From Candidatus Iainarchaeum sp. (GTDB taxonomy: Archaea > Iainarchaeota > Iainarchaeia > Iainarchaeales > GCA-2688035), in assembly GCA_028713935.1 (NCBI GenBank), contig JAQTNI010000013.1, positions 1 to 29,402 of the forward strand: DNA of 29,402 bases. The letters are read 5' to 3'. The first letter of the stretch is position 1; every line of letters begins with the position of its first letter. Below the pieces are notes generated by a model. The model was given only the letters and a program-made list of their open reading frames with translations, was not told the DNA's origin and did no database searches. Positions 8,701-15,976 of this stretch are shown here, one piece after another. The translations under genes and the position numbers were made by a program.

Positions 8701-10143
8701 TATGATGCAGAAGCCTCAATTGAAATGCAATCCTGCGCAGGCTGCGAAAATTCCGATGCAACAAATGATTCAATAAAGGCAAAACTCAACATGACTTCTT
8801 CAGGAGTCGGAAAATGCACTCCTTACAGCACAAAACGGCTCAAGGACTTTTTGGAAGCATCGGAATTCAATGGGCATGCTGCCTGGACACAGGCGCAAAA
8901 AGAAGAAGTCCTCAATGCGCTGAATTTCAATGCCTACCTAATAAAAGACTCTTATCCCGAAGATTTCAGAAAAGACTTCCACGAATACTGCATGCACAAG
9001 TCCTTTTTTGACTGCCCAGAAACATACACAAAAAAACAGGGCTGGGGAGAATTCTTCAGCAGCAAAGACAATTTCAAATTTGATTATGGCAGTTCAGAAA
9101 ACTCGCCAGTCCCTGCAGGAAAATACAATGCAGTCCTTGACATAGAATTCAACAATTCCAATTGGAATTTTTTTGATGAAGAGGGACTTGGCGCAACAGT
9201 AAAAATAGAGCTTACACAGCTTGACACTCCAAGGCCTGACAATGCATTTTATTACCTGCCATTTGACGGAAAAATAGGCCTGGATTCTGAAAACGGACGG
9301 CAGGGCTATGGAGTTAATTACAAAAGCGGCTCTGAAATAAAAATAAACAATTCAGACGTGCAGCTTGTCACCACAACAGCAATTCCCTCAAGCACACCTG
9401 TTTCAGGGGCATGGGTTACAGGAGAAGAAACAAAAACCTTCAAGACACTGAATGCAGACAAGAGAGGAATAATAATGGACATAAAGGCAACAGACGAAAG
9501 CACAAAAATCAACCTGAGCCCAAGTTATGCAACCCCAGTAATAATGAATGTTTCCTATTCCACAGGAGAAAATGCCTATGGATTTTATTCGGTTGAAATT
9601 GATAACTCCCCCCAAAGCACTCTTTCAAGAATGATGCCTTGGAACGGCATAGGAGTGAACTGCAAAGACTTCAAAGATGCAGCAATGACAGATGCATGGC
9701 AGAACAACTGGGATTTGCACGGCGGAATTCCAGGAAACATAAAATGCGCAACAGGCACTGAAATTACTGATTACGGAGTCGAATGGTGCTCGCCTTCCAG
9801 AAAAGGCAATGTTTACCTCTGGGGAATAATTTTCACTCCCCAGGGAAGCAACAGCATAATGAAACGCAAAACTTATTCGGATTCAATGCAGTTAATAGGA
9901 ACAGACAGCAGCGGCACACAAATAGGCCTGAACGGAGTTCCAGGGCAGACATTCAACAGTTACGGAGTATCAGGAATAACCTCTGTTGAAGACATCTTAA
10001 AACTTGTAAAAGAAAGCAAAGTATGCGTAGTAGGCTCAAGCAACAGGGTAAGCAGCCAGTTCTTCTGGAACCCAAAACCAGTCCTTGATGCGCTTGCAGA
10101 CAAGAAAAAAGCATTTGAAAAAGAATGCATTCCGGCACAATAA
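2752..10143 (+). CDS. giant membrane-anchored surface protein (2463 aa) with an N-terminal single TM anchor and multiple prealbumin/carboxypeptidase-regulatory-like beta-sandwich repeats
   Basis: This is a single uninterrupted 7.4-kb ORF. One hydrophobic helix lies at aa ~44-68 (PSFALFLIIIAALIIFASWGFIGGIF). Six consecutive ~80-90 aa repeats at aa ~72-605 follow the pattern V.V.D..G.P...A.V.......T..NG.A.F....G.Y....K.G (for example VAVTDSDGNPLPNVQIEIL, LKAKVLDQDGKAIKGAIVGLY, LKINVMDKDGLPLPGANVTFI). A seventh repeat lies at aa ~934-1020. Three Cys-pair modules occupy aa ~1150-1420 and a Thr/Gly-rich linker occupies aa ~1556-1636. There is no C-terminal anchor. Confidence 0.9.
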   Translation: MGVFGGIKSIYFACEDKWYAFWDKVDGKIPVYGVIEKIDKAIPSFALFLIIIAALIIFASWGFIGGIFVQYNFGVAVTDSDGNPLPNVQIEILQGDKSLLSEATNETGETGTISLPLGATVKVTATKEGFLEATREATIEKPNQKLEIALQIMEEEKEITVLIKDQYNQPVTDAVVITFACKNSSVTPPTEKTITNGRLSVIAPAGCGGLIATLDSSRYAKISSKELQTGEQTVFLKSIDNPLSPENPKNGTLRVQLKYNNEFVSDTVTVSLYKDNGAGGIGPLDTEESLNGIAEFTKAPGTYFAKTGSTSLYGQAVSGMASIESEKTATIEIALHRNIAGIVKLQLKDESSKQAIADALVSLKKGNDEIESKKSDENGIAIFSVMEDASYTAIIDSEQYCLKVLGGLRINNAVQAIELKKYASDCGAGLKAKVLDQDGKAIKGAIVGLYSEEGYSTGFATRISDLNGIAEFTRVSSGVYKAFATKGSFSGWSDAENFQQRIADQTMLIVTMIVPDGTLKINVMDKDGLPLPGANVTFIDAITNETIGGGSRPVDDANGTTMEFLSRADKKVFFTITKPGYADFTSIVYPIIPNTTQEISAVMEKEIISGEIKIELQGLYKEGQLATVLMPGETYTAKLKIKIPKNRQYAKIGLHVRTGTNNLMESDPLVIKELNVPGRASIIKATAFRPDNSYEEDSQTITTDDAKWANAEWTEFHSGIIEAEATIKVKETAKDSDELVFWYRAYAVDASGKYIRDKEDKQLGFSENTPKKQALYAEAYQAVYNVGTETLCDGTFCFSASILDIEAGLSESAQTNYTAKLYKDYLLTFAILNASQAGYFYGSELRIINEDNGLELGSYSINSAQNQNISGTGADSKTDWIAVGDFLPNTSIKGNIGFVPQKNSISTIKFQIRSAQRIVFEKIITINVEAKKEFAVTIAPEFLPTGVENRITVTVLDKETSREVSDATVKIENKFRDVLATAKTNSKGIAVLTLPAQQPGETLLLVVEKAEYKPFEKEIGVDDKVAALLPEKIGIGLNAKTLTEGEAEFSIENKSGMELVVSNLELKGRLLGLVDAQEAKNWLDTFLGETISAKQAKNFSLKARLTEAGKQVTETKTIEATLSATVTALGGEWTYEIPVVITIGLGGEVDDPSCFKITKHEWKSITEGQTIETEFEVQNNCAVSGNPVALNDIEAQINWQSNETGTFAISSQETQAELVSGYFKRILGRLEAGEKINVTLSFAPSSSRGGEAKAEIIFKASNPSDKAVQELTDKLSVQIKTVNLLNCIGFDKEIITIKPEGTGSFTIETNGCGETTDFRLVSDLELSRKTFSLKDKDKITIDVIAQGAMAGQYVVSVFAKSSIDTEERFIKNIRARVQSKGCIELSKFEFDVYKNPEDQFSGYDTAILTNHCYDKLENIEVTWSEKDMGKAQDEGMQFAMIMGMTNMMGKMGSPTQIFSKASEGESSDWCMLDGGTVLYKKSGSYYDSSGKQYVAPPEGMCHPWGKTKIYDCATGKQISEEYGYISGTSLLGQNGQARTDLLSKDGKLCKNVSPANSAETSKPAGTGDIALPVTGMATTPAADTTGNTGTTGATADTGGNTGSSGTGGTYAGRPADKPSTIIEPPSKTSKDSSSNGLMDNASLPLLLGMSQMGGGEPNFLASAIQGYMMGTQMAYSKQGEGQFSYESVQKDLVYSNSKLLLPGAKIEKGKYSQEESSDIVVKEVGDKSTDQREDNPALNIEKRKIAFINEAGVVQSDPSKPIFRVLQVRGERVEYETQYDYKEETKPTTIKVKSRTPYVENFRVQFNSFKPTLTPIEAGPVPNCQLGAMSGVTGKDAVPKVLLQWDWASINENSCDAENPNYVYCDATQFSIEILKKLEKVKNFVEQFRPFDCPTSETAAAVSEQALSELGKDFAITKMQAQSAGTDANIVVTIESNNQEEASGNITITIKDSNGPKASKKIAFSVLSREIVSATFTGLPAGNYDAEASIEMQSCAGCENSDATNDSIKAKLNMTSSGVGKCTPYSTKRLKDFLEASEFNGHAAWTQAQKEEVLNALNFNAYLIKDSYPEDFRKDFHEYCMHKSFFDCPETYTKKQGWGEFFSSKDNFKFDYGSSENSPVPAGKYNAVLDIEFNNSNWNFFDEEGLGATVKIELTQLDTPRPDNAFYYLPFDGKIGLDSENGRQGYGVNYKSGSEIKINNSDVQLVTTTAIPSSTPVSGAWVTGEETKTFKTLNADKRGIIMDIKATDESTKINLSPSYATPVIMNVSYSTGENAYGFYSVEIDNSPQSTLSRMMPWNGIGVNCKDFKDAAMTDAWQNNWDLHGGIPGNIKCATGTEITDYGVEWCSPSRKGNVYLWGIIFTPQGSNSIMKRKTYSDSMQLIGTDSSGTQIGLNGVPGQTFNSYGVSGITSVEDILKLVKESKVCVVGSSNRVSSQFFWNPKPVLDALADKKKAFEKECIPAQ

Positions 10144-10213
10144 GCAACCAAAATGCCCGTTCAATATAATAAACAAATGTATTTTATATTATAATTCAAA
10201 TTTTATGGTCCTA

Positions 10214-10221
10214 TTTAAATA
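10214..10221 (+). promoter_or_regulatory. TATA-box-like TTTAAATA 22 nt upstream of the ATG at 10244 (leaderless-type archaeal promoter)
   Basis: An exact TTTAAATA octamer is present. Its spacing to the start codon fits a transcription start at or just before the ATG. The same octamer occurs at 23369-23376 ahead of the ATPase gene. Confidence 0.4.
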
Positions 10222-10243
10222 AACATTTGTTTTTGTATTTATT

Positions 10244-10795
10244 ATGTTGGAACAGTATACAATTGTAAAAGCAATTCAGCATGTCATCTCTTGCCCAGGC
10301 AAAAGCTTTTCAATACGGGGCCTGGCTGCAAGCATCAAAATAAGCCCAGGCTCTGCAAGAGAAGCTCTCGGCTTCATGGAAAAAAAAGGAATCGTAACAC
10401 TAAAAATTATTGGCAAAACCCACCAGTACCGAGCAGATTTAGAAAATCCGCTGTGCCGCCAGTGGAAAGTGCTTTTCAACCTTGACTTTATTGCAGATTC
10501 CAAACTTGTGGATGGCCTGCTCGAAAAAATTCCAAGCATCCAAACAATTCTTTTGTACGGCAGTTTTGCAAAAGGGACAAATGATGAAAAAAGCGATTTG
10601 GACCTGCTAGTTATTGCACATAAAACATCTAAAATGGATTTTGGCTTTCTGAACAAAACAAGAAAAGAAATAAATATTTCTTTGCTCTCTTTGAATGAAT
10701 GGAAAAAAAAAGCCCTCCAAGACAGGGTTTTTTATGAAAACGTAATTTATGATTCTGTTGTTTTGCATGGGGCTAACAGACCAGTGGTTTTATGA
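10244..10795 (+). CDS. nucleotidyltransferase (MNT-type, pol-beta superfamily) with an N-terminal winged-helix domain
   Basis: The signature LLYGSFAKGTNDEKSDLDLLVI matches the minimal nucleotidyltransferase motif (GS..G....D.D). The N-terminal ~70 aa look like a wHTH (SIRGLAASIKISPGSAREALGFMEKKGIV). Its stop overlaps the next start in an ATGA (10792-10795). Confidence 0.8.
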   Translation: MLEQYTIVKAIQHVISCPGKSFSIRGLAASIKISPGSAREALGFMEKKGIVTLKIIGKTHQYRADLENPLCRQWKVLFNLDFIADSKLVDGLLEKIPSIQTILLYGSFAKGTNDEKSDLDLLVIAHKTSKMDFGFLNKTRKEINISLLSLNEWKKKALQDRVFYENVIYDSVVLHGANRPVVL

Positions 10796-11217
10796 ACATT
10801 GAAGATTGCCTGAATGAGGGTCTGCTTGCCAAGGCAAAGCCGGATTTGCAAAAAGCAAAAGCTTCAATTGAAATGGCAGAGCACAAGCTTGAACTTGCAG
10901 AAAAAGAATTTGAACACGGGATTTTTGAAAATGCCATTACAAGCGCTTATGCTTCAATGTTTCACTCTGCAAGGGCCCTCTTGTTCAAGGATGGCTATAA
11001 AGAAAGAAGCCATTTTGCGGTTTATGTTTATCTGAATGAAAAGTATGCCTCGAAAATTGAAAGAAAATTCCTCAGCGAACTTAATTCATTGCGGCTGCAA
11101 AGGCATGATTTGATGTACGGCATAGAAAAAAGCGCTGAAATACAAGAAGTTGATGCAGAATCCGCAATACAAATGGCACGAGGCTTTCTTGAGGCAATAA
11201 GAAAAATCACAAATTAA
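10792..11217 (+). CDS. HEPN domain protein (partner of the preceding nucleotidyltransferase)
   Basis: The 141-aa protein looks all-helical. It shows the typical archaeal HEPN pattern (AITSAYASMFHSARALL ... ELNSLRLQRHDLMYG, that is L..LR..R.D..Y). It is translationally coupled to the MNT gene. Confidence 0.8.
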   Translation: MNIEDCLNEGLLAKAKPDLQKAKASIEMAEHKLELAEKEFEHGIFENAITSAYASMFHSARALLFKDGYKERSHFAVYVYLNEKYASKIERKFLSELNSLRLQRHDLMYGIEKSAEIQEVDAESAIQMARGFLEAIRKITN

Positions 11218-11236
11218 TTAATTTTTGGTTTTTGCA

Positions 11237-12115
11237 ATGGTTTTCACACAGCTTTTTGTCAACGGTCTGATTGCCGGTGCAATATATGCGCTTGTTGCAG
11301 CAGGCTTCTCACTGATTTATTCCACTACAAAATTCGTGCACTTTGCGCATGGAGCAACAGTTGCAGCAAGCGCATACTTCTTGTACTTTCTTTTTTCAAT
11401 GCTCGAAATAAACTTCTGGATTGCAGTTCCGCTTGCAATTACTTTCGGGGCATTTTTCGGCCTGCTCTGCAACATACTTGTTTATGAAAAATTTGTTGAC
11501 AAAAAAGCAAGCAATGTGATTTTATTAATAGCAAGTTTTGGATTACTGATTCTCTTTGAATCAATTATTCTTCTCTTTTTCGGAGCAGATGTAAAAACAA
11601 TCGGATTCATAAAAATTTCAAAAGGAATTGAAATTGCAGGAGCAATAATTACTCCACTGCAAATCTTTATTGTAATAAGCTCTTTTGTTCTGCTTGCAGT
11701 ACTCTGGTTTTTCATGAAAAAAACCAAAATCGGAAAAGCAATGAGGGCAGTTTCAGACAACAAGACAATTGCAGAAACCCTGGGCATTAATTCAAAAAAA
11801 ATTTTTAACTGGTCCTTTTTAATAGGCTCGGCAATTGCTGGCATTGCGGGAATATTTGTTGCTTTGGAACAAAACCTTGAACCCACAATGGGAACAAATT
11901 TAATCATCAAAGGATTTACAGGGGCAGTAATCGGCGGGATTGGAAGCGTGCCAGGCGCAATCTTGGGAAGCTTTTTGCTTGGCTTTGCAGAAAACTTTGG
12001 AATATGGTTTCTCCCCTCCGGATACAAAGACGCAATAGCGTTTGTAATCTTATTGGTTTTCTTATTATTCAGGCCAACAGGAATACTGGGAATAAAAAGA
12101 GAGGTGCAAAAATGA
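11237..12115 (+). CDS. livH: branched-chain amino acid type ABC transporter permease, LivH family
   Basis: LivH-like N-terminus LFVNGLIAGAIYALVAAGFSLIYSTTKFVHFAHGA, with multiple TM segments. The ATG at 11237 is preferred over the TTG at 11225. The stop overlaps the next start in an ATGA at 12112-12115. Confidence 0.9.
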   Translation: MVFTQLFVNGLIAGAIYALVAAGFSLIYSTTKFVHFAHGATVAASAYFLYFLFSMLEINFWIAVPLAITFGAFFGLLCNILVYEKFVDKKASNVILLIASFGLLILFESIILLFFGADVKTIGFIKISKGIEIAGAIITPLQIFIVISSFVLLAVLWFFMKKTKIGKAMRAVSDNKTIAETLGINSKKIFNWSFLIGSAIAGIAGIFVALEQNLEPTMGTNLIIKGFTGAVIGGIGSVPGAILGSFLLGFAENFGIWFLPSGYKDAIAFVILLVFLLFRPTGILGIKREVQK

Positions 12116-13233
12116 ACAACAAACTAATTTTGGGAATTACAATTGCAGCAACAATTGCAATAATTTTCTTTGCAGGCTGCACCCAACAACAACCTGAAAA
12201 CGGGAAAGAAATCAAAATTGGTGCTTTGGTTCCTTTGACTGGAAACTATTCTGTTTTGGGCAATAGAATAAAGAACGGAATGGAACTTGCAAAACAAGAC
12301 CTTTTGGTTGAAAACCCAAATAAGCAGATTGAACTTGTTTTTGAAGATGCCTGCCAGCCGAAAGATGCAGTTACTGCTATACAAAAAATGATTGAAGTTG
12401 ACAAAATAAATCTTATTGGAGGCTCTTTCTGCCTTGTAGGCCTTGTTCCAATAATCCCCATTACTGAAGAAAAAAAAATGATTGTGTTCAACACAGCTGC
12501 AAATCCGGACAGCGTATTAAATCACCCTTATGTTTTCTCAACAAACAAGTCAATCAAATCAGATGCAGCGGGAATGGCAAATTTTGCATTGCAAAAATTG
12601 AATGCAAAAACAGCAGTCACTGTTTTTTACAACACGCCTTTAGGGCAGGATTTTAACAAGCATTTGACAGAGACTTTCATTGCAGGAAATGGAACTGTGC
12701 TTTCAACACAAATGGTTGAATTGAACGCAGTTGATTTTAGAACAGAATTAACAAAAATAAAAGAACAAAAACCAGACGTAATTTTTATTATACAATTGTC
12801 AAATTCTTTGGGCTTATTTTTGAAGCAAGCAAAAGAACTGGGAATTGAAGCAAAAATCATGAGCCATTCAGAAGCAGAAGACCCGAATGTCCTGGCAACA
12901 GCTGCTGAAGCAGCAGAAGGATTTATTATTTCCTCTTCAGAACCAAAAATAAAAACAAAAGAAATACTGGATTTCAAAGAAAAATATTCAAAAGCATTTG
13001 GAGCAGAACCAGACATTTTAGCAGCAACTGCATACGATTCCCTCAAACTGCAAGTAATTGCTTTTGAAAAATGCAATGGCTCATCAGATTGCATGGCCGA
13101 AGAATTTCACAAAACAAAAAACTATGCAGGAGCAAGCGGAAACATCACAATCAACGCAAACGGCTCATCAGACAAACCAACAAACTTCAAAATAGTAAAA
13201 AATGGCAAATTTGTTCCATACGAGGGAAACTGA
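12112..13233 (+). CDS. ABC transporter substrate-binding protein, Leu/Ile/Val-binding (type 1 PBP, Peripla_BP_6-like) family, lipobox; paralog 1
   Basis: Signal/lipobox IIFFAGCTQQ. Family motifs are IKIGALVPLTGN, EDACQPKDAV, GGSFCLVG, DFRTELTKIKEQKPDVIFI, LKQAKELGIEA, AAEGFI, GASGNITINANGS and IVKNGKFVPYE. The start is taken at the ATG at 12112; the ORF-track start at 12004 lies inside livH. Confidence 0.9.
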   Translation: MNNKLILGITIAATIAIIFFAGCTQQQPENGKEIKIGALVPLTGNYSVLGNRIKNGMELAKQDLLVENPNKQIELVFEDACQPKDAVTAIQKMIEVDKINLIGGSFCLVGLVPIIPITEEKKMIVFNTAANPDSVLNHPYVFSTNKSIKSDAAGMANFALQKLNAKTAVTVFYNTPLGQDFNKHLTETFIAGNGTVLSTQMVELNAVDFRTELTKIKEQKPDVIFIIQLSNSLGLFLKQAKELGIEAKIMSHSEAEDPNVLATAAEAAEGFIISSSEPKIKTKEILDFKEKYSKAFGAEPDILAATAYDSLKLQVIAFEKCNGSSDCMAEEFHKTKNYAGASGNITINANGSSDKPTNFKIVKNGKFVPYEGN

Positions 13234-14346
13234 ATGAGAACAAAAAATTTTTTGATAATTGTAATAATTGCATTGGCTTTGTTGTTTGCTGGTTGTACAG
13301 AGCAACCAAAAGAAACAAAGATTAAGATTGGTTTTATGGCGCCTCTTACGGGTTCTTTTGCTGATTGGGGCAGAAGCATTCAGGAAGGCATGCAATTGGC
13401 CCTTGAAGATACAAACCACAAGTTTAATGTTGATTATCAGGACGATGCTTGCGACCCAAAACAAGGCGTTACTATTATCAATAAGTTTCTTGGCACAGGC
13501 GAAATTAATTTGATTATTGGGCCCGGTTGCATTGAAAGTTTAAAAGCAATAGCTCCGATTGCAGAGCAAAATAATATTTTGCTTTTTTCTACCGGCCTTC
13601 TCGACAATGAAGTTTTTGAAAAACACAAAAACATAATCAACTTGGCTTCACAAATCTCTACAGAAGGAAGGTATTTAGCCAGTTATTTGGACTCCCAGAA
13701 AGTTAAAAGAGTTGCAATAGTTTACGGAACAAATCCCTTTGGAGTAGAACACAGCAAAACATTTCCAATATTTCTCAAAGACTACAATATAGAAGTTACT
13801 TCAATAGAAGGTTCTGCGCTGGATACAACTGACTTTAAGACAATTATTTTAAAAGTAATGAATACCAATCCAGAAGTAATTTTTATTCATCAGGGAGAAA
13901 AGCAAATTGGACTATTTGTTAAACAGCTAAGAGAACTCGGATACAGCACACAAGTTTATGGTTACTATGGAACTGAAGCGCAATCAGTAATAGAAACTGG
14001 GGGAGAAGCACTTGAAGGAATGCTTTACACTTACCCCGTAAACAGCGCAGAAAATTCTCCACAAAAAAAGGAATTTGAAAGAAGATATTCTGAAAAATTC
14101 GGCAAAGACAAGGTACCATCAGCAACATCTTTTTTTGTATATGACGGAATGATGCTTGTTGATAAAGCCATGGCTGTGTGCCAATCTCTCGACACGGAAT
14201 GCATAAAAGGATTTTTTGAAGGGAGAGACTACATAGGAATATCAGGAAATATGAAATTTGAAAAAAATGGCAGCATTACCCGTCCATTCGGCATAAAAAA
14301 AATTGAAAACGGAAAATTTGTATGGGTAACCAAAAAAATTGAATGA
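13234..14346 (+). CDS. ABC transporter substrate-binding protein, Liv-type family, lipobox; paralog 2
   Basis: Lipobox LLFAGCTEQP. Motifs are IKIGFMAPLTGS, QDDACDPKQGV, GPGCIESL, DFKTIILKVMNTNPEVIFI, VKQLRELGY, GISGNMKFEKNGS and IENGKFVWV. The ATG directly abuts the previous stop (13233/13234). Confidence 0.9.
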   Translation: MRTKNFLIIVIIALALLFAGCTEQPKETKIKIGFMAPLTGSFADWGRSIQEGMQLALEDTNHKFNVDYQDDACDPKQGVTIINKFLGTGEINLIIGPGCIESLKAIAPIAEQNNILLFSTGLLDNEVFEKHKNIINLASQISTEGRYLASYLDSQKVKRVAIVYGTNPFGVEHSKTFPIFLKDYNIEVTSIEGSALDTTDFKTIILKVMNTNPEVIFIHQGEKQIGLFVKQLRELGYSTQVYGYYGTEAQSVIETGGEALEGMLYTYPVNSAENSPQKKEFERRYSEKFGKDKVPSATSFFVYDGMMLVDKAMAVCQSLDTECIKGFFEGRDYIGISGNMKFEKNGSITRPFGIKKIENGKFVWVTKKIE

Positions 14347-15233
14347 AGAAGGCCACAGAAATGATTGAAGCTTATTTAATTCATTTGGCAATTTTGATTT
14401 GCATTTACCTTATTCTTGCGATTTCTTTGCAGATTGCAGTTGGTTTTTCAGGATTGCTGAATTTGGGGCACATTGCATTTTATGCTGTAGGGGCATATGC
14501 TTCAGCACTATTGGCGCTTGCTGGTTTTCCATTTTGGGTTTGCCTGCTTGCAGCAGGTTTTTTTGCAATGCTCTCAGGCTTTATAATCGCCTTGCCAACA
14601 AACAAACTTAAGGGAGATTATTTGGCCTTGGCAACAATGGGCTTCAGCTTTGTTGTTTATGCAATTGCACTCAATTGGACTGATTTAACAAGAGGCCCTT
14701 TAGGCCTGCCTGGAATTCCAAGGTCCGAAATTTTTGGATTTGTTTTTTCAGACAATCTTGCTTTTTTGATTCTTGCTCTTGCAATTGCTTTGATTACTTT
14801 TTTGGCATTAAAGAGAATCACTTCTTCACAGTTTGGAAAAGTGCTTGAAGCAACAAGGGACGACGAATTGGCTACAAGAGTTTTGGGAAAAAATTCTTTC
14901 AAAATGAAAGCCTTTGCATTAGGCATAAGTGCTTTTTTTGCTGGAATCGCAGGCAGTTTGTATGCAAGCTACATTACTTTTATTGACCCAAGCTCTTTCA
15001 CTATTCTTCAAATAATCCCAGTGCTTGCAATAGTAATTATTGGCGGGCTTGCTTCTTTCAGGGGAACAATAATTGCAACAATTATCATTGTTCTGCTCCC
15101 TGAGCCATTAAGATTTATCGGTTTTCCTTCAAGCATTGTTGGCCCAGCAAGGCAGATAATTTATGCATTATTGCTATTGCTGATTTTGCTGTTCAAGCCG
15201 AAAGGATTGTTTGGAAAAGTGGAATTGGAATAA
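14343..15233 (+). CDS. livM: branched-chain amino acid type ABC transporter permease, LivM family
   Basis: LivM-like motif LLNLGHIAFYAVGAYASALLAL, with multiple TM segments. It overlaps paralog 2 in an ATGA (14343-14346). Confidence 0.9.
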   Translation: MKKATEMIEAYLIHLAILICIYLILAISLQIAVGFSGLLNLGHIAFYAVGAYASALLALAGFPFWVCLLAAGFFAMLSGFIIALPTNKLKGDYLALATMGFSFVVYAIALNWTDLTRGPLGLPGIPRSEIFGFVFSDNLAFLILALAIALITFLALKRITSSQFGKVLEATRDDELATRVLGKNSFKMKAFALGISAFFAGIAGSLYASYITFIDPSSFTILQIIPVLAIVIIGGLASFRGTIIATIIIVLLPEPLRFIGFPSSIVGPARQIIYALLLLLILLFKPKGLFGKVELE

Positions 15234-15608
15234 TCACTTTATTTTAATTTGAATTTCCGCGTATTTTGGCAGTGCTATTGTTGCTTGTTTTGATTTTTTT
15301 GTTTCAACCAAGCCGAGTTTTTTCAAGTGTGCAATATCCCTGCTGACTGCTTCCTGATGCCTTCCGAGGCTTTTTGCTGTCTGGGAAACAGACTTTGGGT
15401 TTTTCTCGTCCTGGTTTCCAATCAAATAGCGCAGGACATTAATTCTTGCGGGGGATAAAAGTTCAGCCAGTTGCGCATAATTGTCCAAATAAAGCATATT
15501 TTTAGATTGTTTTATCTGGTCAAGCGGTTTTCCAGAGAACAGCTCGTCCAGATCCCTATCCATTTTTCTGCCAATCACAATAGTTAAAATATTTTCTTTT
15601 TTAGCCAT
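15234..15608 (-). CDS. winged-helix (MarR/ArsR-like) DNA-binding protein, 124 aa
   Basis: The segment LSPARINVLRYLIGNQDEKNPKSVSQTAKSLGRHQEAVSRDIAHLKKLGLVE is a wHTH followed by a short beta tail. The start is taken at the ATG at 15608 (MAKKENIL) because the longer ORF-track start at 15695 would overlap the upstream gene. Its stop codon directly abuts the livM stop. Confidence 0.7.
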   Translation of the reverse strand: MAKKENILTIVIGRKMDRDLDELFSGKPLDQIKQSKNMLYLDNYAQLAELLSPARINVLRYLIGNQDEKNPKSVSQTAKSLGRHQEAVSRDIAHLKKLGLVETKKSKQATIALPKYAEIQIKIK

Positions 15609-15640
15609 AAAAACCACAATAAAGTTGTATAACATAAATG

Positions 15641-15976
15641 TTATATGCTTATGTTTTGTCTTTTTGAAAGAAACCATTGCTTGTACTTTTGCCAATTAGT
15701 TATAATCTCTCTTTTAAATTCCTTGGCTGTTTCAGAAGAAATTTCACTGTTAAGGTTTTCCCCCGCATGCTTTGCCCTTTGATAATAGCGATGGGCATGC
15801 ACAACACCATGCGCACTATCAAACTTGATGACTTCGTGTTCTTTCCCGCCCAAGAGGCAAATTTGCGCTACGCAAAAGCAAATAACTTTTTTTGTTTCGG
15901 CATCAAAGTCAATCGTGACCAAAACATAATCCTTCGAACTCAGCCACTCTTTCTTTTTAAAGTGTTCCATAACCAT
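15641..15976 (-). CDS. small hypothetical protein (about 110 aa) with the His-rich motif FDSAHGVVHAHRYY; co-oriented partner of the wHTH gene
   Basis: The ORF sits 32 nt upstream of the wHTH gene on the same strand. The start is ambiguous (ATG at 15976 or 15970; the ORF track extends to 16000). The H-rich motif and the pairing with a small wHTH protein recall archaeal two-gene toxin/antitoxin-like modules (TumE/DUF6516-type). That assignment is from memory and weak. Confidence 0.5.
   Translation of the reverse strand: MVMEHFKKKEWLSSKDYVLVTIDFDAETKKVICFCVAQICLLGGKEHEVIKFDSAHGVVHAHRYYQRAKHAGENLNSEISSETAKEFKREIITNWQKYKQWFLSKRQNISI

Noticed and set aside
11482-12027. 181-aa minus-strand ORF inside livH
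   Set aside because: It is antisense to a confidently identified LivH permease and has no motifs of its own. It is a shadow ORF.
12004-12111. N-terminal extension of binding-protein 1 (ORF-track start at 12004)
   Set aside because: The extension lies entirely within livH in another frame and translates to non-signal-like sequence. The ATG at 12112 yields a canonical signal peptide plus lipobox and forms an ATGA overlap with the livH stop.
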